Source: an uncultured Acidobacteriota bacterium
GTDB lineage: Bacteria; Acidobacteriota; Thermoanaerobaculia; Gp7-AA8
Assembly (NCBI GenBank): GCA_963822445.1
Contig: CAWGHO010000002.1
Coordinates: 352,001-416,000, forward strand
Direction: 5' to 3'
DNA: 64,000 nucleotides
Shown here piece after piece: positions 31,385 to 40,834 of the stretch; the first letter of the stretch is position 1, and each line of letters opens with the position of its first letter. Below the pieces are notes generated by a model. That model did no database searches. It saw only the letters and a list, made by a program, of their open reading frames with translations, and had not been told where the DNA came from. Both the position numbers and the translations under genes were made by a program.

Positions 31385-32437
31385 TCAGACCATCGCCGCC
31401 GAGCCGATCTCGGGATGCGCGCGGGCGAATGCGACGAGCCGCGGCGCGTAGTCGCGCAGCCGCGGCGCAACGATGCCCGACCCCGCGAGATCCGCGGTCG
31501 CATGCGACGTGTCGTACTCGGTCGGATGGACGAAGTAGTCGACCGCCGCCGGCGGAATGCGCATCAGCCGATAAACACCGGGAACGTATTGCAACGCGCT
31601 TTGGGCGAGGGCCTTCGTCAGCGGGACGCGAATAACCGTGCGATTCGTGGCCGCGGCGATGGTGTCGATGGTCTCGTCGACGGTGAGCGGATCGGGATCG
31701 GCGAGCGCGTAGGTTTTGCCGAGTGATTGCGGCCGCGCGCCGAGATACTCGATCGCCCGAATGATGAAGTCGCGAGGGACGACGTTGAAGCGATACCGCG
31801 ACGGCCGTCCCACCACCGGCAGCACGGCGATGCGCGGCTGGCGCATCAGCCACTGCATGACAAAGTACGGGCCGTCGAACTTCTGCGTGGCACCGGTGGC
31901 ACTGTCCCCGACCACGACCGAGGGGCGGTAGATCGTGACCGGCAGCCGCGGCATGCGCCGACGCACTTCGATCTCGGCGAGATACTTCGTTTCCTCGTAG
32001 AAGTTGTTGAAGGCCTGCCCCTTCTCCAGATCGTCCTCGGTGAACAGACCGGCGTAGCGGCCGCTGACGTAGCAGGTGCTCACGTAATGCACGCGCTCGA
32101 GCTTCGGCGCACGCTCCGCGAGATCGAGCACGCGCGACGTGCCCGTGACGTTGACTCGCATGCCCACTTCGCGCGAAACGGCGAGTTCGTAAACCGCGGC
32201 GAGGTGCCAGATCTCGCGAATGTCGCCCGCATCGATGTGATCGAGCGCCGCGGTCAGATCCCCTTCCACGAGGCGAATGCGGTCGCCGAGGCCGAGCTGG
32301 CGCACCCGCTCCTCCGCCAGCTCACGAAACTTCGGCTGCACCAGGCACAACGCGTAGTCATCCGACCGCGCGATGAGCCGCGGCAGGAGCTCGGAACCGA
32401 GAAAGCCGGGGAAACCGGTGAGGAAGATGGCGGGCAT
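31385..32437 (-). CDS. Extended SDR / thioester-reductase-like NAD-binding oxidoreductase
   Basis: TGFPGFLG, HLAA, YEETK, RPSVVVG. Confidence 0.88.
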   Translation of the reverse strand: MPAIFLTGFPGFLGSELLPRLIARSDDYALCLVQPKFRELAEERVRQLGLGDRIRLVEGDLTAALDHIDAGDIREIWHLAAVYELAVSREVGMRVNVTGTSRVLDLAERAPKLERVHYVSTCYVSGRYAGLFTEDDLEKGQAFNNFYEETKYLAEIEVRRRMPRLPVTIYRPSVVVGDSATGATQKFDGPYFVMQWLMRQPRIAVLPVVGRPSRYRFNVVPRDFIIRAIEYLGARPQSLGKTYALADPDPLTVDETIDTIAAATNRTVIRVPLTKALAQSALQYVPGVYRLMRIPPAAVDYFVHPTEYDTSHATADLAGSGIVAPRLRDYAPRLVAFARAHPEIGSAAMV

Positions 32438-32451
32438 GCGCCATTCTAGTT

Positions 32452-32530
32452 TCGAGGTTACGAGGTCTCGGGGTTACGGGGTCGAATCTCCCTCGTAACC
32501 CCGAAACCCCGTAACCTCGCAACCGTAACC
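32452..32530. repeat. Inverted arrays of octamer CG(A/G)GGTTA
   Basis: CGAGGTTA CGAGGTCT CGGGGTTA CGGGGT, then TAACCCCG AAACCCCG TAACCTCG CAACC. Confidence 0.75.
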
Positions 32531-32536
32531 ACCTCC

Positions 32537-33670
32537 ATGACCGCCGCCACCCTCACGCCCGCTCCGCGCACTTACGGGTGGCGTACGTGGCAGGACGCCG
32601 CGCGCGAGGCGGCGATCGCCATCGCCCTGGCCCTGCTCTTCTCCGCGCTCCACAGCGGCGGACTGACCCGCGAGGCCTTCACCCAAAACGCGCTGCTCGC
32701 GCTGGCGATCGTCCTCGATGCGCGCGGCCTCGAGACCGCCCTGAGCTGGGCCATCGAGCAGAGCCGCATGCCCGCGCTCTTCCGCATCGTCCTCTACATC
32801 CTCGGCGCGGGCATCGCCACGCTCGTCGTCTCCGGTGTCGGCTACGACGTCTTCGACACGGTTCTCATCGCCGTCCTCAGCGCGGTCACCATCGGCTTCA
32901 TCCTTCATCACAACCGCAAGCGCTACGACCGCGTCCGCGCCAGCATCGAACGGCTCAAGGAGCACGAGTTCGCCGAGAAAGAGCTGGAGATCGCGCGCGA
33001 GATGCAGCAGCGCCTCCTGCCGCCGGAGCTCGTCGAGCGCGATGGCCTTCGCGTCACCGCGCGCACGCACGCGGCGCACATCGTCGGCGGCGATTTCTAC
33101 GACGTCCTGCGCCTCACCGATCGCGAAAGCGCCGTCATCGCCGCGGACGTCTCCGGCAAAGGCATCGCCGCCAGTCTGATTATGGCCTCCTGCAAAGCCA
33201 TGATTCCCTTCCTGGCCGCGAGCGGCACCGCCGCGGACGTCATGCGTTCGCTGAACCTGCGGCTCTGCGAGCAACTGCAGCGGCGGGAGTTCGTGGCCAT
33301 GGTGTTCGTGCGCATCGACCATGAATCGGGCCGCGCGGAGATCGTGAACGCCGGCATGCCCGAGCCGCTCCGGATCCGCGACGGCCGCGCCGAGCCCGTG
33401 CAATTCACCGGCGACCGCCTCCCCCTCGGCGCCATGCGCGGCGCGCGCTACGAGATCACGACGATCACCCTCGACCGGTCCGAGCGGCTCCTGCTCTTCT
33501 CGGATGGATTGCCCGAGGCGAGCGTCGACGGATCGCCGATCGGGTATGAGCGGGTCGAAGAGCTCGCCGCGAACACGGCGGGTGTGGACGTACTGCTCGC
33601 GCGGGTGCGGGCAATCGCCGGCATTCAGATCGATGACGATCTGACCGTGGTGAACCTGGAGCGCGTGTAA
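32537..33670 (+). CDS. Membrane-bound PP2C/SpoIIE-type phosphatase
   Basis: VGGDFYD, ADVSGKG, NAGM, FSDGL, DDLT. Confidence 0.92.
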   Translation: MTAATLTPAPRTYGWRTWQDAAREAAIAIALALLFSALHSGGLTREAFTQNALLALAIVLDARGLETALSWAIEQSRMPALFRIVLYILGAGIATLVVSGVGYDVFDTVLIAVLSAVTIGFILHHNRKRYDRVRASIERLKEHEFAEKELEIAREMQQRLLPPELVERDGLRVTARTHAAHIVGGDFYDVLRLTDRESAVIAADVSGKGIAASLIMASCKAMIPFLAASGTAADVMRSLNLRLCEQLQRREFVAMVFVRIDHESGRAEIVNAGMPEPLRIRDGRAEPVQFTGDRLPLGAMRGARYEITTITLDRSERLLLFSDGLPEASVDGSPIGYERVEELAANTAGVDVLLARVRAIAGIQIDDDLTVVNLERV

Positions 33671-34489
33671 TTACGGCGTCGGGAACCCCACCTGCGACCA
33701 CGCATCTCCGGTGATGTTGTCGATCGACGACGCCCAGGTCTGCCAGTCCGACTCGTTCGCGGTGTCGGTGAGGTTCACGACGGTGACCTGAAACGAGCCC
33801 TCGCTGCTGGTCGCGTTCATCACCCGCTGCTCCATCGACCGGCCGGGCAGCTCGATGTCCAGCACTTCGTTCTGGCCGCCGGGAACGTTGGGAGTGACGG
33901 TGATGCGGAAGCGCTGGCGCTCGCGGGCCGCGTTCACGATGCCGACGTTCATGCGGTACTGCGCGTCGCGGCGCACGCCGAACATCCACTTTGTCTGCGA
34001 TCGCGAGGCCGCGGAGATGGCCAGGGCCGGGAAGCTCTGGGACATCGTTCCGTTCGGCACGTTCGGCTCGGGCGTCCAGATGCGGGCCACGGCGTGAAGC
34101 TGCGCCGTCGGGTCCTCGTTGCCACCCGAATCGAGGGCGATGATCTCAACCGATCCCAGGCCTTCCTGATCGAGGACGGAGTTGACGAAGTCGCTGGAAA
34201 AGAGGCCGCTGCGGGCCTGGATGGTGATCGTTTTGGGGCCGATGCTCGTTCCCACCCTCCCCTGCGGAAGCCAGTACACGGCGACGACCTGATCGACGTT
34301 CTTGAGGTTGATGAGGTGGACGTCGGTGCGGAAATGGGTCCCGTTGGCGCCCTGAACGTCGCCCGCCGCGGGAATGATGATGTGCGAGGCAAACGCGCGA
34401 GGGGTGAAAAGGTCTTCGCTGCGGGGCTCCTGGGCGAGGGCGGAAACGGCGGCAAGAGAGAGGACGGCAAACAGCAGTCGGATTCGCAT
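33671..34489 (-). CDS. Secreted hypothetical protein (same family as 50887..51699)
   Basis: Signal peptide; IIPAAG..GANGTHFRTDV; C-terminal SIDNITGDAWS. Confidence 0.75.
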   Translation of the reverse strand: MRIRLLFAVLSLAAVSALAQEPRSEDLFTPRAFASHIIIPAAGDVQGANGTHFRTDVHLINLKNVDQVVAVYWLPQGRVGTSIGPKTITIQARSGLFSSDFVNSVLDQEGLGSVEIIALDSGGNEDPTAQLHAVARIWTPEPNVPNGTMSQSFPALAISAASRSQTKWMFGVRRDAQYRMNVGIVNAARERQRFRITVTPNVPGGQNEVLDIELPGRSMEQRVMNATSSEGSFQVTVVNLTDTANESDWQTWASSIDNITGDAWSQVGFPTP

Positions 34490-34648
34490 GGCGACCGGAG
34501 AGACAAGCAACGGCCGGGCCGCGCGGCATCTGAACCCTACAGGACGGGTCGGATACCCTACAAGTGACAGACCCGTGACGGGTTAGAGGGGCAGCAAACT
34601 TGCAGCCGGACGCCGTTCAGTGTTCATCTAGAGACGAGGTAACCATCG

Positions 34649-37600
34649 ATGCGAATCGTCGTCCGGCTCGTAGTCGTCCTTCTTTTCATACTCGCGTTCC
34701 TGTCACCCGCGGCCGAGGCTCAGTACTTCGGGCGCAACAAGGTGCAATGGGAGCAATTCGATTTCAAAGTGCTCCAGACCGAGCACTTCGACATCTACTA
34801 CTACGAGCAGGAGGCCGACGTCGTACACGATATCGGGCGCATGTCCGAGCGCTGGTACGCGCGCCTCTCCCGCGTCTTCAACCACTCCTTCAAGCGCAAG
34901 CCGATCGTGCTGTACGCGAACGCCGCGGACTTCCATCAGACCACCACCACCGGCGGCATGATCGGCGAGGGCACGGGCGGTTTCACCGACGCGTTCATGA
35001 ACCGCGTCGTCCTGCCGCTCACCGGCGACTACGCGCAGAACGATCACGTCCTCGGACACGAGATCGTGCACGTCTTCCAGTACGACATCGCCGCGACCGC
35101 GAATGCGAACCGCCGCCGTTTCGCGCTCGAAGCCATGCCGCTGTGGATCGTCGAAGGAATGGCGGAGTACCTGTCGAAAGGACGCGTCGATCCGCTGACT
35201 TCGATGTGGATCCGCGACGCGACGATTCAGGACCGCATGCCGGACCTCCGCGAGCTCACCCGCGACCCGCGCTACTTCCCCTATCGCTACGGCCAGGCGC
35301 TGATGGCCTACATCGGCGCGCGCTTCGGCGATGAGGCCGTGGTCCGCTACTTCATGGCCGCGGGCACTGTCGGAATCGAAGACGGCGTCGAGCGGGCCCT
35401 GGGCATCTCGCACAAGCAGCTCTTCGCCGACTGGGCGGAATCCGCCCGCGAGCTGTACACGCCGATTGTTCAGGAACGGAAGACAGACACGTCGACTCTG
35501 CTCATCGGCCGCGCGCCCGAGCCTCCACCGGTGCGCGTCGAGGGAGAAAAGAAGAAACGGCGCCGCCGCGGTTCGTCGGAGCTGAACGTCGGCCCCGCGC
35601 TCAGTCCCGACGGCCGCTACATCGCCTTCCTGTCCGCGCGCGAGCTGTTCTCCATCGATCTCTTCCTCGCTGATGCGAAGACCGGCAAAGTCATCCGCCG
35701 GCTCGTCTCCTCGGCTCGCGATCCTCACTTCGAATCGTTGCGATTCATCGAAGCGGCCGGATCGTGGTCGCCCGACAACCGGAAGCTGGCCTTCATCACC
35801 TTCGCCCGCGGCGACAACTTCCTGTCGATCGTCGACGTCGAGACGCGCGACACGGAGCACATCAGCGTCCCCGGCCTCGAAGCGATCCTCAACGTCGCCT
35901 GGTCGCCGGACGGATCGACGATCGCCCTCGCCGCGCAGACGACCGGCGTCAGCGACCTGTTTCTGTACAACCTTCAGTCGAAGGAATTGCGCCGCCTGAC
36001 CGCGGACAAATTCGCCGACCTGCAGCCGGCCTGGTCGCCCGACGGACGCACCATCGCCTTCGTCAGCGATCGCGGCGCGGACACGGTCCTCGAGCAGCTT
36101 CAGTTCACCGATCACCGACTGGCCACGATCGACGTGGCCAGCGGCCAGGTCACCGAGCTGGTTGCGTTCGGGAAGACCAAGCACCTCAATCCGCAGTGGG
36201 CGCCGGACGGGCGATCGATCTACTTCCTCGCCAATCCCGAAGGCATTCCGGATCTGTATCGGATCAGCGTTCCGCAAGGACAGCTGTCGCGCGTGACCAG
36301 CATCGATACCGGCATCGCCGGCATCACCGACATGTCACCTGCACTGAGCGTTGCGTCCCGCACAGGTGACATCGCCTTCTCGGTGTTCGAAGACGACAAC
36401 TACAACATCTACTCGCTGCCGGCCAACTCGGGCGGCACGCAGATCGTGGCCGGAGCGCCGCCCGCGGAAGGCGCCGCCCCCCGCGCCGCGCTCCTCCCGC
36501 CGCTGCGCGGAACGGGCTCGGAGATCACCGGCTATCTGATGCGTCCCGAAGAAGGGCTGCCGTCGGCGTCGACCGAGTTCCGCCTCAAGCCCTACTCCTC
36601 CGCGCTGCATCTCGCCTACCTCGGACCTCCGACCCTCGGCGTCGGCGTGAATGAATTCGGCTTCGGCGCGGGCGGCAGCGTCAGTGCCTTCTTCAGCGAC
36701 ATCCTCGGGCAGCACAACGTCGGCTTCACCTTCCAGGGTGGCGGCGGTAGCGGCACCGGCGCGTCGAGCCTCGTCGACCAGCTGGGCGGCGAGCTCTTCT
36801 ACCTCAATCAGAAGCACCGTCTGAACTGGGGCGCGGACGTACTCCACATTCCGTACACCTACAGCCAGGTGGCGTACGGCGTCGGGGAGACCAGCACGGG
36901 TCAGCTTGCCGACGTCTACCAGATCTTCCGCGAAGTTCAGACGGTCAGTGATGGCAGTCTGCTCGCGCAATATCCGTTCAGCACTACCCGCCGCATCGAA
37001 GGTGCGGCGGGCATGCAGCGCTTCGCGTACAAGACCGAGCTCGAGACCTGGTACATCATCGGGAACCAGATCGTCGAGCGCACCAAAGAGCGTCTCCCGG
37101 GCGACTTCCAGGTGAATCTGGCCAAGGCCTCCACGGCGTTCGTTGGCGACAGCTCGGTTTACGGCTTCATCTCGCCGATCAACGGCACGCGTTACCGGTA
37201 CGAGGTCGAGACGCTCAGCGGCGATCTGAAGTTCACGACCGCGCTCGCCGACTGGCGCAGGTACTTCTTCATGCGTCCGGCGACGCTGGCCATCCGCGGA
37301 TTGCACTACGGCCGCTACGGCTCGGGCTCCACCGACTCGCGGCTGTCATCGCTCTACCTCGGCCAGGGCTCGCTCGTTCGCGGCTATGACCCCTACTCCA
37401 TCGACCCCGTCGAATGCGGCACGACCACCGCGGATTGCCCGGTCTTCGATCGCCTCATCGGAACGCGCATCGGCGTAGCCAGCGCGGAACTGCGCGCGCC
37501 GCTTCTCGGCACACGCGAGTTCGGACTGATCAACGCGGCTTTCCTGCCGACGGAGATCTTCGGATTCTTCGATGCCGGCGCGGCCTGGACGGCCGGCGAC

Positions 37601-37774
37601 ACGCCGAAGCTGAAGTGGGCAACGCGGACCGACGAGCGCGTCCCCGTCTTCAGCGTCGGCCTCGGCCTGCGCATCCTCCTCAGCTACATTCCGATCGAGG
37701 TCTACGCCGCCAAGCCGTTCCAGCGGCCGGACGAACAGATCGTCTACGGCTTCAACATCATCCCGGGATGGTAG
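34649..37774 (+). CDS. Omp85/BamA-family barrel fused to a gluzincin-like peptidase domain and a PD40 beta-propeller
   Basis: HEIVH...EGMAEY; repeated WSPDG; VRGY loop motif, ELRAP, FFDAG, terminal aromatic residue. Confidence 0.82.
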   Translation: MRIVVRLVVVLLFILAFLSPAAEAQYFGRNKVQWEQFDFKVLQTEHFDIYYYEQEADVVHDIGRMSERWYARLSRVFNHSFKRKPIVLYANAADFHQTTTTGGMIGEGTGGFTDAFMNRVVLPLTGDYAQNDHVLGHEIVHVFQYDIAATANANRRRFALEAMPLWIVEGMAEYLSKGRVDPLTSMWIRDATIQDRMPDLRELTRDPRYFPYRYGQALMAYIGARFGDEAVVRYFMAAGTVGIEDGVERALGISHKQLFADWAESARELYTPIVQERKTDTSTLLIGRAPEPPPVRVEGEKKKRRRRGSSELNVGPALSPDGRYIAFLSARELFSIDLFLADAKTGKVIRRLVSSARDPHFESLRFIEAAGSWSPDNRKLAFITFARGDNFLSIVDVETRDTEHISVPGLEAILNVAWSPDGSTIALAAQTTGVSDLFLYNLQSKELRRLTADKFADLQPAWSPDGRTIAFVSDRGADTVLEQLQFTDHRLATIDVASGQVTELVAFGKTKHLNPQWAPDGRSIYFLANPEGIPDLYRISVPQGQLSRVTSIDTGIAGITDMSPALSVASRTGDIAFSVFEDDNYNIYSLPANSGGTQIVAGAPPAEGAAPRAALLPPLRGTGSEITGYLMRPEEGLPSASTEFRLKPYSSALHLAYLGPPTLGVGVNEFGFGAGGSVSAFFSDILGQHNVGFTFQGGGGSGTGASSLVDQLGGELFYLNQKHRLNWGADVLHIPYTYSQVAYGVGETSTGQLADVYQIFREVQTVSDGSLLAQYPFSTTRRIEGAAGMQRFAYKTELETWYIIGNQIVERTKERLPGDFQVNLAKASTAFVGDSSVYGFISPINGTRYRYEVETLSGDLKFTTALADWRRYFFMRPATLAIRGLHYGRYGSGSTDSRLSSLYLGQGSLVRGYDPYSIDPVECGTTTADCPVFDRLIGTRIGVASAELRAPLLGTREFGLINAAFLPTEIFGFFDAGAAWTAGDTPKLKWATRTDERVPVFSVGLGLRILLSYIPIEVYAAKPFQRPDEQIVYGFNIIPGW

Positions 37775-37781
37775 TCACCTC

Positions 37782-38708
37782 ATGATCTCCCTCGGGGCGG
37801 CCGCGATTCTCGCGGCCGCCCTCATGAGCCGCGAGGTCGCCGTCACTTTCGACGACCTCCCCGCCGTGCCGCTGTCGATCCCTCTCGAACGGCAGCAGAC
37901 CCTGACCCGCGATCTTCTCCGTTCGATCAAAGCCGCCGGTGTTCCCGCGATCGGCTTCGTGAACGAGAACAAGCTCGAGACCGACGGCAAAGTCGATCCG
38001 CAGAAGGTGAAGTTGCTCGAGCAGTGGCTGGACGCGGGCTTGGAACTGGGGAATCACAGCTACTCGCATCCCGATCTGCACCGCATCGACGTCGCGACGT
38101 ACGAGAAAAACATCGTCAAAGGCGAGCGGATCATCCGTCCGCTGCTGAAGAAGCGAGGCCGCGAGCTTCGCTGGTTCCGCCATCCATTTCTGCACACCGG
38201 CACCTCGCTGGTGACGCGGACGCGCGTGGAAGAGCTGTTGCGCAAGCGCGGCGTTCGCGTTGCGCCGGTGACGCTCGACAATTCGGAATGGATCTTCGCG
38301 CGGGCGTACGAGAACGCCATCGAAGCCGGCGATACGGATCTGATGAAGCGCCTCGGAATCGAATACGTCGCCTACATGGATCGCAAGCTCGCCTACTTTG
38401 AAGATCAGTCGCAACAGCTCTTCGGCCGCAACATCCGCCACACCCTCCTGGTTCACGCGAACGCGCTCAATGCCGACTGGTTCGACGAGGTCGCGGCCTC
38501 GATGAAGAAACGGGGCTATTCGTTCATCCCGATCGAGCGCGCCATGCAGGATCCGGCGTACTCAAGTCCCGATGCGTACACCGGTCCCATGGGCCTGACC
38601 TGGATTCATCGTTGGGCGATCACCGCGAAGAAACCGCGCACGTACTTTGGCGATGAGCCGCGAACGGCGCAATGGGTGCTCGACGCAGCGGGGATGGACT
38701 CGGAGTAG
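37782..38708 (+). CDS. Polysaccharide deacetylase (CE4/NodB)
   Basis: TFDDLP, NHSYSH, FRHPFL. Confidence 0.9.
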   Translation: MISLGAAAILAAALMSREVAVTFDDLPAVPLSIPLERQQTLTRDLLRSIKAAGVPAIGFVNENKLETDGKVDPQKVKLLEQWLDAGLELGNHSYSHPDLHRIDVATYEKNIVKGERIIRPLLKKRGRELRWFRHPFLHTGTSLVTRTRVEELLRKRGVRVAPVTLDNSEWIFARAYENAIEAGDTDLMKRLGIEYVAYMDRKLAYFEDQSQQLFGRNIRHTLLVHANALNADWFDEVAASMKKRGYSFIPIERAMQDPAYSSPDAYTGPMGLTWIHRWAITAKKPRTYFGDEPRTAQWVLDAAGMDSE

Positions 38709-38719
38709 AGTCCCGGTCG

Positions 38720-39079
38720 ATGTTCGTCCCTCCCCGCGAATTCGAGCGTCTCGTCGAGGAAGCTCTCGCCAGCCTGCCCGAGGAGTTCTCCCGTCTGCTG
38801 GAGAACATTGCCGTGGTGGTGGAAGAGGAACCGTCCGAGGAAGATCTCGAGCTCGTGGAAGCCGATGACGCGGAGCTTCTGGGGATTTATCGCGGTATCG
38901 CCATGACCCGGCGCACGCACAACATGCTGCCGGCCCTGCCCGATCAGATCGCGATTTTCCGCGGGCCGATCAATCGCGTTTCGCGCACGCGGTACCAGGC
39001 CATCCGGCAGATTCGCGAGACGGTGATCCACGAGCTCGGCCACTATTTCGGCCTGCACGACGCCGACATGGTTTTCTGA
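38720..39079 (+). CDS. Zinicin-like metallopeptidase
   Basis: LLGIYRG, LPDQIAIFR, TVIHELGHYFG. Confidence 0.88.
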   Translation: MFVPPREFERLVEEALASLPEEFSRLLENIAVVVEEEPSEEDLELVEADDAELLGIYRGIAMTRRTHNMLPALPDQIAIFRGPINRVSRTRYQAIRQIRETVIHELGHYFGLHDADMVF

Positions 39080-39121
39080 TTCGTGCCTTTCGTTTCTAAG
39101 TGAAGCGAAAGGAACACGAAG

Positions 39122-40711
39122 ATGAAACGCATCATCGTCATTGCGACCCTGCTGGTCGTTGCGGCCTGCAGCAAGAACGAGCTCAATCAAAACGCGCCAC
39201 CGGTACAGCACAAGGAGCAGGCGGCGGTCACGGACACCGCTGCGACCGGCGTCGAGCAAGGTGTCGTCGGGGGTGTCGTTGGCGGCGTCGTGGGCGGCGT
39301 CGTCGGCGGATATCCAGCGACATTTGTCTCCGAGGTGCAGGTCGCGCCGCAGTACAAGCGCATCGAAGAACATGCCGTCGTTCGCGCCGACAACCAGCCC
39401 GTCACCACCTTTTCGATCGACGTCGATCGCGCGTCGTACGCAAACGTCCGCCGCTTCCTGACCGCCGGCACGATGCCCCCTGCGGACGCGGTCCGCATCG
39501 AAGAGATGCTGAACTACTTCACTTACCGCTATCCCCAGCCCAACGGCGACGTGCCGTTTTCCATTACGACGGAAGTTGCCGGCACGCCCTGGAACACGAG
39601 CACGCGCCTGCTGCGCATCGGCATTCAGGGCCGCAATCTCGACGAATGGAAGACCGCGCCGAACAACCTGGTGTTCCTGATCGACACCTCCGGCTCGATG
39701 CAGCCGCACAATCGTCTGCCGCTGATCAAGTCCGCGTTCCGGGTGCTGGTGGACCGACTTCGGGCCGAGGATCGCGTGGCCATGGTTACTTACGCGGGAT
39801 CGGCGGGACTGGTACTGCCGCCGACGTCAGGCGCGGACAAGCACACGATCCTCGAGGCCCTCGACCGGCTCGCCGCCGGTGGATCGACAGCGGGCGGCGC
39901 CGGGATCGAGCTCGCGTACGAAGTCGCGCAGCAGCAGTTCCTCGAGGACGGCAACAACCGGGTCATTCTCGCGACCGACGGCGACTTCAATGTCGGCGTG
40001 AGCAGCCTCGGCGAGCTGGAAGAGCTCATCGAGCGCAAACGCAAGTCGGGCATCTTCCTGTCCGTCGTCGGCGTGGGCGACGACAACTATCAGGACGCGA
40101 AAATGGAGCTGCTCGCCGACAAGGGCAACGGCAATTACGCGTATCTCGACACGCAGAAAGAAGCGGAGAAGGTCTTCAAGCACGAGCTCACTGGAACGCT
40201 GGTGGCCATCGCCAAGGACGTGAAGGTGCAGCTCGAGTTCGATTCGTCGAAGGTCGAGTCCTACCGCCAGATCGGCTACGAGAACCGCGCGCTGGCCAAT
40301 GAAGACTTCGACGACGACACCAAAGACGCCGGCGAGTTGGGCGCGGGTCATTCAGTGACGGCCCTTTACGAAATCGTGATGAAGCCGCAAACGAAAGGTG
40401 CCATTGCCACGGTGAAGCTTCGCTACAAAGAGCCCAACGGCGACGTGAGCCGCCTGATTACGGCTAGCGCCGTCGACGAGGGCCGCGAAGCGTTCAATGC
40501 CTCTCCGGACACGCAATTCGCGGCGGCCATTGCCGAATTCGGAATGCTTCTGCGCAATTCGCCGCACAAGGGAACGTCCACTTACGCCGACGTGCTGAAG
40601 CTCGCGCGCATCGCCCGCGGCGAGGACCTCGACGGCCTGCGCGAGGAGTTCATCCGCCTGACCGAATCCGCCAAAGCCCTCGGCGGAAATCACGTCGCGT
40701 TGAACGACTGA
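39122..40711 (+). CDS. VWA-domain lipoprotein (YfbK/DUF3520 type)
   Basis: TTFSIDVDRASY, DTSGSM MIDAS, TDGDFN, AGHSVTALYE. Confidence 0.9.
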   Translation: MKRIIVIATLLVVAACSKNELNQNAPPVQHKEQAAVTDTAATGVEQGVVGGVVGGVVGGVVGGYPATFVSEVQVAPQYKRIEEHAVVRADNQPVTTFSIDVDRASYANVRRFLTAGTMPPADAVRIEEMLNYFTYRYPQPNGDVPFSITTEVAGTPWNTSTRLLRIGIQGRNLDEWKTAPNNLVFLIDTSGSMQPHNRLPLIKSAFRVLVDRLRAEDRVAMVTYAGSAGLVLPPTSGADKHTILEALDRLAAGGSTAGGAGIELAYEVAQQQFLEDGNNRVILATDGDFNVGVSSLGELEELIERKRKSGIFLSVVGVGDDNYQDAKMELLADKGNGNYAYLDTQKEAEKVFKHELTGTLVAIAKDVKVQLEFDSSKVESYRQIGYENRALANEDFDDDTKDAGELGAGHSVTALYEIVMKPQTKGAIATVKLRYKEPNGDVSRLITASAVDEGREAFNASPDTQFAAAIAEFGMLLRNSPHKGTSTYADVLKLARIARGEDLDGLREEFIRLTESAKALGGNHVALND

Positions 40712-40834
40712 TTCAACTTTATCGATGTAGCGCCTTCGTGAACTTGCTCACGTCGCTGAGCGCGCGCGACTTACGGGTCGCGCGCGCCGGGCAGCGGCGG
40801 TGCACACGTTGGCGCGGCGAAGGGAGGCTTCACA

